The position numbers and the translations under genes were made by a program. Under the pieces are notes generated by a model. The model ran no database searches, had not been told where the DNA came from, and saw only the letters and a list, made by a program, of their open reading frames with translations. A stretch of DNA of 64,000 nucleotides from Snowella sp. (lineage in GTDB: Bacteria; Cyanobacteriota; Cyanobacteriia; Cyanobacteriales; Microcystaceae). Location: assembly GCA_035285545.1 (NCBI GenBank), contig JAYKGY010000043.1:21830-85829 (forward strand), written 5' to 3'. Positions 1 to 9,193 of this stretch are shown here, in pieces (within the stretch, counting starts at the first letter, position 1; the number at the start of each line of letters is the position of its first letter).

Positions 1-3000
1 ACGGTGAGGCTGACCTGCCCCCCATTGGGGGTGAATTTAACCGCATTATTGAGTAAATTAATTAAAATTTGGCGTAAACGACGCTCATCTGCCACAAAAT
101 TCGGAATATTTTTGGGAATCGAAAAATGGAGTTGAATCTGCTTTTTAAAGGCTTGTTGTTGAATAAACTTGAGACTGGCTTCACACAGATTGGTTAAGGA
201 GACGGGGCCTTTGTCCAGTTCTAATTTGCCCGCTTCGATTTTAGACAGATCCAGAATGTCATTAATAAGGGAGAGTAGATGTTGTCCACTGGCTTCGATG
301 GATTTAATGGGTTTTAATTGTTTTTCGGTGAGGGGGCCAAAGCAATTTTCCTGTAAGGCTTCAGAAAAGCCCAAGATAGAATTTAAGGGGGTTCGTAGCT
401 CATGGCTCATACTGGCTAAAAATTCATCTTTTAAGCGGGTTGCTTGGGTTAATTTGGCATTAATTTCTTCGAGTTGTTGATAACTTTCCCTGAGTTCCTG
501 TTCCGTTTTTTTGCGATCGCTGATATCCTGCACCATGGCCACAAAGAAATCCACAGTCCCATCGGATTTACGTAAACATTGCACCGAAATTTGGGCATAG
601 ATAATATGGCCGTCCTTATGAATAAATCGTTTATCCATTTCATAGCCATCAATTTTACCCACTAACACCCGATTAAAATTCGCTAAATCAGCCGCTAGAT
701 CGTCAGGATAGGTCATTTCTGGCCAGGTTAAGTTTCGCAATTCTTCAGAAGAATAGCCTAAAATTTGCGACAATCGCTGATTAGTATCCAACCAACCCTG
801 TTCTAAGGACGTAATCGCCATACCAATCAAAGATTGCTCAAAATAGCGTCGGAAGCGTTCCTCACTCAAACGCAGGGCCGTTTCCATTTGCTGACGCTCG
901 GTAATATCCTGAATCAGGGCTAAAATATTAACCCGTCCCCCCGATCCCAACATTTTGGCGGTTGAAATCGAAAAAATGCGTTTTTGGCCATCGGCTCGGA
1001 CAATTTCCCAATTCTCTCCCTGTAAATTCTCGCCTTGATGAATCTGTCTCATTCGCTCGATGGCTTGTTGGTGTTGCGCCGGATCGGGGTGGAGGCATTC
1101 ATACCAATTTTTACGGTTAATTTCTTCCAAGGTATAGCCCGTCAAGGCGACCATTTTGGGATTCCAAATGGTGAACTCTGCAAAGGGTGCCGTGGGGATT
1201 TTGTGATAAACACATAGCCCCTCCGTCATATTTTCCAAAATCTGCCAACGTTCCTCACTGGCTTGTAAGGCTTGGGTTCGTTCTTGAACTTGCTCTGCTA
1301 ACTCCTCATTCAGGCGTTGTAGGGCGCGCTGGGTTTGTTTGCGCTCGGTAATATCTCGGCTGATACACACTAAGACACTTTCATCCCGCCAGTGCATAGC
1401 ACAGGAACTGATCTCGACATCCAGAATCGATCCGTCTTTACGGCGATGCTTCGTTTCAAAGAGCGCGCTGCTACGGGGTAATAAATATTTCAAGCGTTCT
1501 AATAGTTCGGACTTGGTATATTCGGCATCCCAATCAGCTACATTCAACCCCCGAATTTCTTCCCCGTCATAGCCCAACATATTGGCAAAGGTGACATTGA
1601 AATCAATCAGTTTGCCGTGAATATCTAGGGTATGAATGCCGTCGGTTGAGGCGTTGAAGAGGGCTTCTTGTCTTAAAACCTCTTGTTCTAAGGTCAATTC
1701 CATTTGCTTGGTCTTGGTGATGTCGATAAAAACTACCATCACTTGGGCCACGCTTTTTCTTTCCCAAATGGGAATAAGTTGTACTTGATAGTAAACGGAA
1801 GAACCTTGTAAATAAACAACTTCTCCCGTGTCGGTAATAGGCTGACCCATTTGAAATACGGACTGGATATTTTCCTGTCTGCGCTGTCTGAGGTGAACGG
1901 GAATAAAGTCATAAAAACATTGGTTAATTAGGGCTTCTGGGGGATAGTTATCAAAACTCCGATTGACAAAACTAATGGTTCCGTTTGGATCAACGATGAA
2001 GATGATATTGGCTGAATTTTCGACAAAGGCTTGCCACTTTGAGTTGGCTTGTCGGAGTTCCAGTTCCATCTTTTTTCGTTCTTCGATTTCCTGGGTTGCT
2101 CGCTCTAGGGCTAGGGATTGACGGATGGCGATCGCGATTTGATCGGCCAACTGTTGGAGTAAGGTAATTTCGGTTGCTTGCCAATCACGAGTTTGAGAAC
2201 ACTGATGAACGATTAATAAACCCCAAACGTAGGTGATGGAATGGGGGGCGGTGGGAGAGGAGGATTCGGTGATCAGCAGGGAGGACGTGGTTTCAATATC
2301 GGCCACTAGGATGGGAACGACCAAATTCGCCTTGACTTCAAATTGCCTCAGTAAATTGCGGTGGCAGTCGGTTAAATTTGCAGTCTCAATATCCTTCGCA
2401 GTCCAAACCCAGCCTTGACGATAACGATAGGGCAACCCCCCTTGAAAACAGGTGTCCTGAATATTGCAGTGGATAGAGGCTGTCCAGCCGGCTTGAACTG
2501 ATTCGGCAATCACTTGCCCACTGAGGTCGGGATCAAAGCGATAAATTAAAACGCGATCGGCTCGCAAAAAAGCCCGGATTTCGGTAACGGCAGTATCTAA
2601 AATGGTGCTGAGATCGATACTATTTCTAATTTTGAGGGCGAGTTCTGCTTTCAGTTGTTCGGTTTGGGCCTGGGTTTGGAGTTGCTGCGTCCTCACTTCG
2701 ACCAAATTTTCTAATTGACAGTTGCGATCTTCTAGGAGGCGAATTTTTTCGAGTTCTAATTGATTGACTTTCTCCTGAAGATTGCCGATCAGCCCCACCA
2801 TCTCCATCGGGTTGAGAGCTTGGAGTAGACTACTTTGGGTCACAATACCGACTAATTCTCCCCGATCCCCCGTTACGACCAGTCGTTGAATCCGCTTTTG
2901 CCGCATCATTTGGTAAGCCTGATCCAACAGTTCCTGGGTTGTGATCGTGACTAAGGGAGAACTCATCCCCCTGACCACCAGGGTTTGATTCAGATCGACT

Positions 3001-3683
3001 TCCAACGCCTGAAATTGGATGATGTCTTTTTCGGTCACAATGCCAATTGGCTTTGCGTAGGATTTTGAGTCCGCGTCTGTCGTGTTTATGGGATTGACGA
3101 TTACGACACAACTCACCCGCGATCGCGCCATTAATTGGGCGACGGACAACATCGAATCGGTGGGTAAGGCTGTTACCATCTGGGATTGCATGACTTCCTC
3201 AACCGACCGTAATCGCAGGAGATCCACAAAGCGCAACACTTGACGCAGGGTATTGTGGGTAATACAGCCAATGAGTTCTCCTTGATCATTTAAAATCGGC
3301 AAATGGCGAATTTTATGGCGTTGTAAGAGAGAGACGACCTGAAAAAAGTCGGGCAATTCCGATTGACGTAGACTGATCACTGGATAACTCATCACACTCG
3401 CTACCGTCTGATCCGGGAGTTGCGACTTTCCGATGGCAATTAATTTGACGAGATCCCGCTCTGTGATAATCCCTATCAATTGCCCCTGTTCCATCACAAA
3501 CAGGCATCCAGGAATAATTTGTAGTTCCGTTGAGTTGGGCATTAACTCGCAATAATTTCCCCTCGCTTGAGACAGCATTCTGATCGCTTCGGTTAGGGGC
3601 ATGTCGGGGCTGACCAATAAGAGCGGTTGGCGCGCGATCGCCTGTTCAAGATCAATGGGTTGATGATTGAGGAGGTTTAACAT
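1..3683 (-). CDS. Multi-sensor histidine kinase (CBS pairs - DXCF cyanobacteriochrome GAF - about 4 PAS - HisKA - HATPase), 3'-truncated by the window edge
   Basis: Manual translation from ATG 3683: MLNLLNHQPIDLEQAIARQPLLLVSPDMPL (CBS). GAF reads IQDTCFQGG...LTDCHRNLLRQFEVKANLVVPIL, H-box LKDEFLASMSHELRTPLNSILG (~435-370), N-box NLLNNAVKFTPNGG at 59-18 in the same frame. It is absent from the ORF track because there is no stop inside the window. Confidence 0.93.
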   Translation of the reverse strand, partial: MLNLLNHQPIDLEQAIARQPLLLVSPDMPLTEAIRMLSQARGNYCELMPNSTELQIIPGCLFVMEQGQLIGIITERDLVKLIAIGKSQLPDQTVASVMSYPVISLRQSELPDFFQVVSLLQRHKIRHLPILNDQGELIGCITHNTLRQVLRFVDLLRLRSVEEVMQSQMVTALPTDSMLSVAQLMARSRVSCVVIVNPINTTDADSKSYAKPIGIVTEKDIIQFQALEVDLNQTLVVRGMSSPLVTITTQELLDQAYQMMRQKRIQRLVVTGDRGELVGIVTQSSLLQALNPMEMVGLIGNLQEKVNQLELEKIRLLEDRNCQLENLVEVRTQQLQTQAQTEQLKAELALKIRNSIDLSTILDTAVTEIRAFLRADRVLIYRFDPDLSGQVIAESVQAGWTASIHCNIQDTCFQGGLPYRYRQGWVWTAKDIETANLTDCHRNLLRQFEVKANLVVPILVADIETTSSLLITESSSPTAPHSITYVWGLLIVHQCSQTRDWQATEITLLQQLADQIAIAIRQSLALERATQEIEERKKMELELRQANSKWQAFVENSANIIFIVDPNGTISFVNRSFDNYPPEALINQCFYDFIPVHLRQRRQENIQSVFQMGQPITDTGEVVYLQGSSVYYQVQLIPIWERKSVAQVMVVFIDITKTKQMELTLEQEVLRQEALFNASTDGIHTLDIHGKLIDFNVTFANMLGYDGEEIRGLNVADWDAEYTKSELLERLKYLLPRSSALFETKHRRKDGSILDVEISSCAMHWRDESVLVCISRDITERKQTQRALQRLNEELAEQVQERTQALQASEERWQILENMTEGLCVYHKIPTAPFAEFTIWNPKMVALTGYTLEEINRKNWYECLHPDPAQHQQAIERMRQIHQGENLQGENWEIVRADGQKRIFSISTAKMLGSGGRVNILALIQDITERQQMETALRLSEERFRRYFEQSLIGMAITSLEQGWLDTNQRLSQILGYSSEELRNLTWPEMTYPDDLAADLANFNRVLVGKIDGYEMDKRFIHKDGHIIYAQISVQCLRKSDGTVDFFVAMVQDISDRKKTEQELRESYQQLEEINAKLTQATRLKDEFLASMSHELRTPLNSILGFSEALQENCFGPLTEKQLKPIKSIEASGQHLLSLINDILDLSKIEAGKLELDKGPVSLTNLCEASLKFIQQQAFKKQIQLHFSIPKNIPNFVADERRLRQILINLLNNAVKFTPNGGQVSLT

Positions 3684-3826
3684 TGAGTAAGGGTTAACAT
3701 GCTTTCAACGGAATAATCATAGGCGGATTGTACGGCGGGGATTCAATTAAAACTTTAAATTTAAATAAAATATTGATGAATTGATAGATTTCTCGGTTTA
3801 GCTCCATCAAGATAACGATTGAATTT

Positions 3827-4885
3827 TTAAATTTCCACAATAAAAATTGACCCATGGGGAACATTATCCTCCACTCGAATTTGACCGCCATGTGCTTCCA
3901 CTGCCAATTTGCAAAACGTTAATCCTAAGCCGGTTTGTTCAACTTCTTTGAAGAGCTTGCCAATTTCAAATTGATTAAAAATAATTTCCTTTAAATCATC
4001 CTGAATTCCGCAACCTTGGTCTAACACACTCACTCGAACTTGTTGATCAACAGGATACTCTAAACGAACAATAATTTTTTGACCCGCTTCTGAAAACTTA
4101 ATGGCATTGGATAATAAATTATCAAAAATGCGCTGAAAAAGATTTTTATCCACCGGAGTTAACTGTTTTTTGGGGGGAAGTTCAACCAGCAGTTTAAGAC
4201 CGTAGTTATCTGCAATAAATTCAAATTCTTCAACAACCCGATTGATCATGTCACCTAAATCGACTTCCTGCACTTCAATTAATAAGCAATTGGCCTCAAG
4301 TTTTGCTATCAGTAATAAACTATCAATCAAAGAAATAGACCGTTTTCCATTATTATAAATTTGCTCTATTTTGTGTTTTTGTTGTTCATTTAAGGGCGTT
4401 CTCTTTAAAACTTCCGTTGAGAGAATAATACTCGCCAAAGGATTGCGTAAATCATGAATAATCATATTAGATAAATCCTGACGAACTTTTAACATCTCCT
4501 GGTCCGTATCATATTGTTTTTTTATTCGCAACATGGAACGAACTCTAGCCCGTAATTCCAAGGCATGTGCCGGTTTGCCAATAAAATCATCAGCCCCGGA
4601 CTGTAAACAAAATGCCATATCTTCCTTAGAATCAAGAGCCGTGACCATAATAACTGGAATCCCTGTCCATTTTGGGTTTTCTTTAATACGACGACAAACT
4701 TCAAGACCATCCATTCCTGGCATCATGACATCTAGTAACACCACATCGATCGCTGTATTTTCTAATAACTCTAAAGCATGGGGGCCACTCGATGCATAAT
4801 AAATATCATAGGACTCAAAAGCAAAGACACTTTCAAGCGTATCTAAGTTACTAGCATTATCATCAACGAGAAGAATAGCTGACAT
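3827..4885 (-). CDS. Response regulator receiver-histidine kinase hybrid (REC-HisKA-HATPase)
   Basis: ILLVDD...VLLDVMMP...FIGKP receiver; IIHDLRNPL H-box; NLLSNAIKF, DQGCG and GLGL boxes. Confidence 0.93.
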   Translation of the reverse strand: MSAILLVDDNASNLDTLESVFAFESYDIYYASSGPHALELLENTAIDVVLLDVMMPGMDGLEVCRRIKENPKWTGIPVIMVTALDSKEDMAFCLQSGADDFIGKPAHALELRARVRSMLRIKKQYDTDQEMLKVRQDLSNMIIHDLRNPLASIILSTEVLKRTPLNEQQKHKIEQIYNNGKRSISLIDSLLLIAKLEANCLLIEVQEVDLGDMINRVVEEFEFIADNYGLKLLVELPPKKQLTPVDKNLFQRIFDNLLSNAIKFSEAGQKIIVRLEYPVDQQVRVSVLDQGCGIQDDLKEIIFNQFEIGKLFKEVEQTGLGLTFCKLAVEAHGGQIRVEDNVPHGSIFIVEI

Positions 4886-5249
4886 ACGGGGGCACCAAAA
4901 GCTCGATTTTTAAATAGTTTGGGGATTTAATCTTAATTGAAGCATATCATAAAATAAGGGGGAGATGCCTAGTTTGTTTAATAATTTTCTTAACGTAAAC
5001 TCCGTATTTTGACTGATTGTTTGAATCAACATTACTGCCGCTTAAACTTTTTAGTTAAAAATACCTAATTGTTTGATTTAAAAAGTAATTTGACTTGAAG
5101 AATTGCCCTTGCTGTCATCTTTTCAGACGAAATCTACCTCAAGAACTGAAAAAAGACTGAATTCAATTCAGACAAAATCAAAACAATTAAACTTTCTCTT
5201 GTGGTCACCATTAATTGATGTCCTGCTCTTCCTTATTAGAGGTGCCTTT

Positions 5250-6101
5250 ATGCAAAATTCCCATTACACCATTAGAACCATGACCCGTGAAATGATCCCG
5301 ATAGCGATTGATTGGGCTGCTTTAGAAGGCTGGAATCCAGGGTTATATGACGCAGAGAGTTTTTATGCTGCTGATCCGATGGGCTTTTTTGTAGGGGAAG
5401 TGGCTGGAGAAGAGATTGCGACTATCTCTGCGGTGAAATATGGAGAAGGTTTTGGGTTTATTGGCTTTTATATCGTCAAGCCAGCCTATCGATCGCAAGG
5501 GTATGGCATACCCATTTGGAATGCAGCCCTCCGTTATTTAGCGGGGCGAAATATTGGCTTAGATGGGGTCGTTGCTCAACAGGAAAATTATCAAAAATCG
5601 GGCTTTAAATTGGCCTATCGCAATATTCGTTATCAAGGGTTAACTAGCAGTTATCCCCAAGGGCAATCTGCCATCGTTCCTTTATCCGAAGTTCCCTTTG
5701 CAGAAATCCTAGCCTATGACCGACCCTTGTTTCCTGAGCCGCGATCGCGCTTTTTGCAAGCCTGGCTCAATCAACCGGAAAGTGTGGCATTAGGAATCGT
5801 CAATCAGGGGAAACTCGCCGGTTATGGCATGATCCGAGTGTGTCGGTCGGGTTATAAAATTGGCCCTCTGTTTGCCGATAACCCCGCTTTTGCCGAAGAT
5901 CTCTTTCTCGCCCTGCAATCTCGCGTTAAACCAGGGCAACCTCTCTATTTAGATACGCCGGAAACTAACTCTGACGCGATCGCGATCACCCAAAAATATG
6001 ATCTCCAAAGGGTATTTGAAACTGCACGGATGTACACCGGAAGTTTTCCCGATCTCGCGTTTCAGAAACTGTTTGGTGTAACCAGTTTTGAACTCGGTTA
6101 A
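5250..6101 (+). CDS. GNAT family N-acetyltransferase (YitH-like, two-domain)
   Basis: WAALEGWNPG, YIVKPAYRSQGYG acetyl-CoA motif, KIGPLFAD, GVTSFELG end; ATG 5250 follows AGAGG. Confidence 0.85.
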   Translation: MQNSHYTIRTMTREMIPIAIDWAALEGWNPGLYDAESFYAADPMGFFVGEVAGEEIATISAVKYGEGFGFIGFYIVKPAYRSQGYGIPIWNAALRYLAGRNIGLDGVVAQQENYQKSGFKLAYRNIRYQGLTSSYPQGQSAIVPLSEVPFAEILAYDRPLFPEPRSRFLQAWLNQPESVALGIVNQGKLAGYGMIRVCRSGYKIGPLFADNPAFAEDLFLALQSRVKPGQPLYLDTPETNSDAIAITQKYDLQRVFETARMYTGSFPDLAFQKLFGVTSFELG

Positions 6102-6161
6102 ATCCTTGGGATGATGGGGTTGACTATCTCAACCAGCTATCAGTAAACGGACAGGAAATTT

Positions 6162-6305
6162 GGCGGTGTTGCTGATTTAAAATATGTTTTGCTCCCTTAG
6201 CACCCAAAATTTTTGGGAAATGCTTAAAAGTCCTCCAGAATTGGGGGATTTAGAGGGCGATAAAAAATATTGTGATAGTAATTCATATCCTGATTAAGCA
6301 ACGCG
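6162..6305. mobile_element. MITE-like element with a G/C-run dispersed-repeat core
   Basis: Imperfect TIRs GTTGCTGATTTAAAATATG / CATATCCTGATTAAGCAAC; flanking direct repeat GGAAATTT (6154-6161, 6306-6313); core resembles 33205-33273. Confidence 0.65.
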
Positions 6306-6311
6306 GGAAAT

Positions 6312-6764
6312 TTAGGGTTGTTTCAAATAGTCTTCTAATTGCCGAATCCGCTCGGTCGTTAGATTTTTAGCACAACTGCTATAAATAGACGGTGCAATGG
6401 TTCCCCCTCGATATCGATTCGCCGCAAACCGACATTCACTATCTCGAAACTTAATCCAGGCCTTTTCTGCTTCTATTAACTCTTGGGTACTTTGGGGATC
6501 ATCGGCAATTTTGGCTTTCACTTTTTTGTATATCTCATTTAAACGGAGGTCGGCGTTGTAGGCTGCTAGTCCCGCACAGAGATTTATCTCCATTTGGGTT
6601 TCGGGGGATTGGCAGTTCGGGGTAGTCGAGGAAGCCCATACGCTGTGTGTATCGATGCAACTCAGGTAAGATCCCAACGCGATCGCCGACAGGGTTAACG
6701 TAAAAGTCGATTTAAACGGAGACTGAAACCTGGTCATTAATAAAGTAAGCATTCTGAGTTTCAT
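6312..6764 (-). CDS. Lysozyme inhibitor LprI family (DUF1311) secreted protein
   Basis: Signal-like N-terminus; C..PETQMEINLCA...ADLRLNEIY...AEKAWIKFRDSEC...GGT...C...T.ERI motif. Confidence 0.85.
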   Translation of the reverse strand: MKLRMLTLLMTRFQSPFKSTFTLTLSAIALGSYLSCIDTHSVWASSTTPNCQSPETQMEINLCAGLAAYNADLRLNEIYKKVKAKIADDPQSTQELIEAEKAWIKFRDSECRFAANRYRGGTIAPSIYSSCAKNLTTERIRQLEDYLKQP

Positions 6765-7872
6765 AAAGTTTTTATAATCCCCTAAGAATTTATACGGTTA
6801 ATTAGCGACGATGGATTGATCCCTCGAACGGGTTTTCCCCTAACCTCTTCGAGAATCATCTTTGAAATCTCTGTAATATTTTATGTTAAATCACGGAGTA
6901 AGTAGTAAACCATTAATGCATTACCTAAGTATTTCCCCTGGCATGACAAATCAGGAGATCAATAAAACAGAATTAAAATACCGTTTTTAATTGATAGATT
7001 TACGGATTTAGATCAATCAAGAAAAAATGCTGGGATAAAGTATAACGAATAAAGGCTTGATCACCTATCACAAGAGCTTTATCAAGATTTCAAGATCTTT
7101 TTTTAAATCAAAATTAGTTGATATACTTATTATTTTAATCAAGTTTAAAACAGGGATAAATGATACTTCATTAAAAAAAGATTAATTTTTCTTTGTTAAG
7201 TATCTTTCTAAATTTTCTTAAAGATTTTTGTCAAAATTGAGCTTCCTTCCCTAAAAGTCTATATACTCATCAGTAGAGTAAAAGAAAGAACTGAATACCC
7301 AATGGCACTCTCTTAAGCCAAATGTACATCTGTTATCCGCTTCTTAGGAACGAGTTACTTGTCAAGGAAATTCAAGCGACTTCGATCAATTCCTGAAAAG
7401 AAAAATAGCTAACAGCCTAAGCATGATCTCTTGTGTTTCTGTCTTTACACAACTAGTGGTGATTCAGTGACAGTTTCTCTGTGTTAGTCAATTTCTGGCT
7501 TCAGGTCTGTTCAGTAAAGTTGTTTGTTTTATCATCATAAGGAATTTGGAATTTTAGTTAAAAGCATTACTGAGTTGACCCTTCCCAGAATAGCGTGCTA
7601 TCTCTCTTGAATTGTTCAGCGTTTCCATTTTAATTTTTTCAACCTATCTTGTTTGTTCTCTACTCCTAACTTAGTGGGGTAGGGCAGGGGGTGCCTGTGT
7701 CAAAACGAAAGAATAGAGCGAGCAAAAGTGTAATTTCTGCCTAAAAAAGAGAGGATATCTTTTTATAAACTTTGTTATTATTTGATGAATTTTTGTCAGG
7801 AAATTATTGAAATTCAATGACGTTTATTTTCTGAATTGATCATTATTTTGCAGGCTTGTTGTAGGGTGTGCT

Positions 7873-9060
7873 ATGAATCTTGTACCCGATCTCTTTATTA
7901 CCGACTTAACGAAGGATTTAGACCGTTTGCATCAAGAAAAGGCGACGGGCGAACTGATCCTAACGTGCGAAGGTGTTCCCATTACCTTGTATTTGCTGGC
8001 GGGACGATTGCAGTATGTGGTGGATAAGGCCCATCGAATGCGTCGTTGGAAGCGGGCCATTTTCCAACATTGCCGAGAGTGGACGACCCCGACTCAAATT
8101 CTCAATAGTCAACCTTGGGAATACGATTTTCTGTATCAAGGTATCAGTAAAAGTGGTTTAACCCTGGATCAGGCTAAATCTGTGATTAAAGCGATCGCCG
8201 AAGAATGCCTCTATGAACTGGCCTTAGCCACCCAGGTAGACCGCCAATGGATCAGCCATGATCGAGCAAAATCTACCTTTTCCTATTTTTTAAGCTTATC
8301 GTTGGCAGAAATTCATCCCATCTTAACGGCAATTACGGAAATGTGTCATGAGTGGGGGCAACCCATTCGCCTGAGTTCTTCTCCCTTACTAACGGAAAAG
8401 GGTAAAACGATTCCGAATCCTGTCCTCCAAAAATACCTCAACGGGCAATTTACCCTCTGGGATGTGGCCATTCAGTTAAAACAACCCATTGGCCACGTGG
8501 CGCGATCGCTGATCCCTTGGCAAGAAAAAGGCTTATTGGAATTTAAAACCATCGCCGATCTCCCTGCCCCTGTTCAAGATATTGAGGAAAAATCAGCAGC
8601 AACGGTAACCCAATCAACGGTTACGGCTCCTGCTCAAAATGGCAACGGTTCATCAGAACACCAATTCCTCATTGCCTGCATCGATGATAGCCCCATCGTG
8701 ATTCATAACCTGAAATCTATCCTCACACCAGCGGGTTTCCAAGTCTTGAGTATTCAAGAGCCAATGGCGGGATTTGCCCAGTTGATTGAACGCAAGCCCG
8801 ATCTCATTTTGCTGGATTTGAATATGCCCAACGCCAACGGCTACAGCATTTGTAAATTCCTACGGGAAACGCCCGTTTTCGGCAAAACCCCCATTATTAT
8901 CCTGACGGCTCAAGATAGCTCAATCGATAGAACCCGCGCCAAACTCGTCGGAGCCAATGACTTTATTAGTAAACCGCCCGATTCTAAGGCGTTAATTCAA
9001 CTGATTAAAACCCATCTACCCCAAGCCACTAGGGCCTTAAGCCATCTAGCAACGGGTTAG
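7873..9060 (+). CDS. PatA-family response regulator (PATAN + C-terminal receiver)
   Basis: KATGELIL...LYLLAGRLQY...HRMRRWKR N-domain; IACIDDS...LILLDLNMP...FISKP receiver. Confidence 0.85.
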   Translation: MNLVPDLFITDLTKDLDRLHQEKATGELILTCEGVPITLYLLAGRLQYVVDKAHRMRRWKRAIFQHCREWTTPTQILNSQPWEYDFLYQGISKSGLTLDQAKSVIKAIAEECLYELALATQVDRQWISHDRAKSTFSYFLSLSLAEIHPILTAITEMCHEWGQPIRLSSSPLLTEKGKTIPNPVLQKYLNGQFTLWDVAIQLKQPIGHVARSLIPWQEKGLLEFKTIADLPAPVQDIEEKSAATVTQSTVTAPAQNGNGSSEHQFLIACIDDSPIVIHNLKSILTPAGFQVLSIQEPMAGFAQLIERKPDLILLDLNMPNANGYSICKFLRETPVFGKTPIIILTAQDSSIDRTRAKLVGANDFISKPPDSKALIQLIKTHLPQATRALSHLATG

Positions 9061-9193
9061 CGAATGGCCACTGTACATCCCCGCGTTAATGGATTTCCTT
9101 GAATCTTGATCAACTGAATAACTATCAATCTATCAATCGATTCAGAAGAATTTAATTAACGCCATTTAGTCAATTCATCATGAGAAAACAGCC

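Noticed and set aside
169..3552. Many short ORFs (60-103 aa) on both strands in the track
   Set aside because: They are shadows of the long minus-strand kinase frame (1-3683)
3694..3891. 65-aa minus-strand ORF between the two kinases
   Set aside because: Overlaps the REC-kinase 3' end out of frame, has no recognisable motif, and otherwise covers AT-rich intergenic DNA
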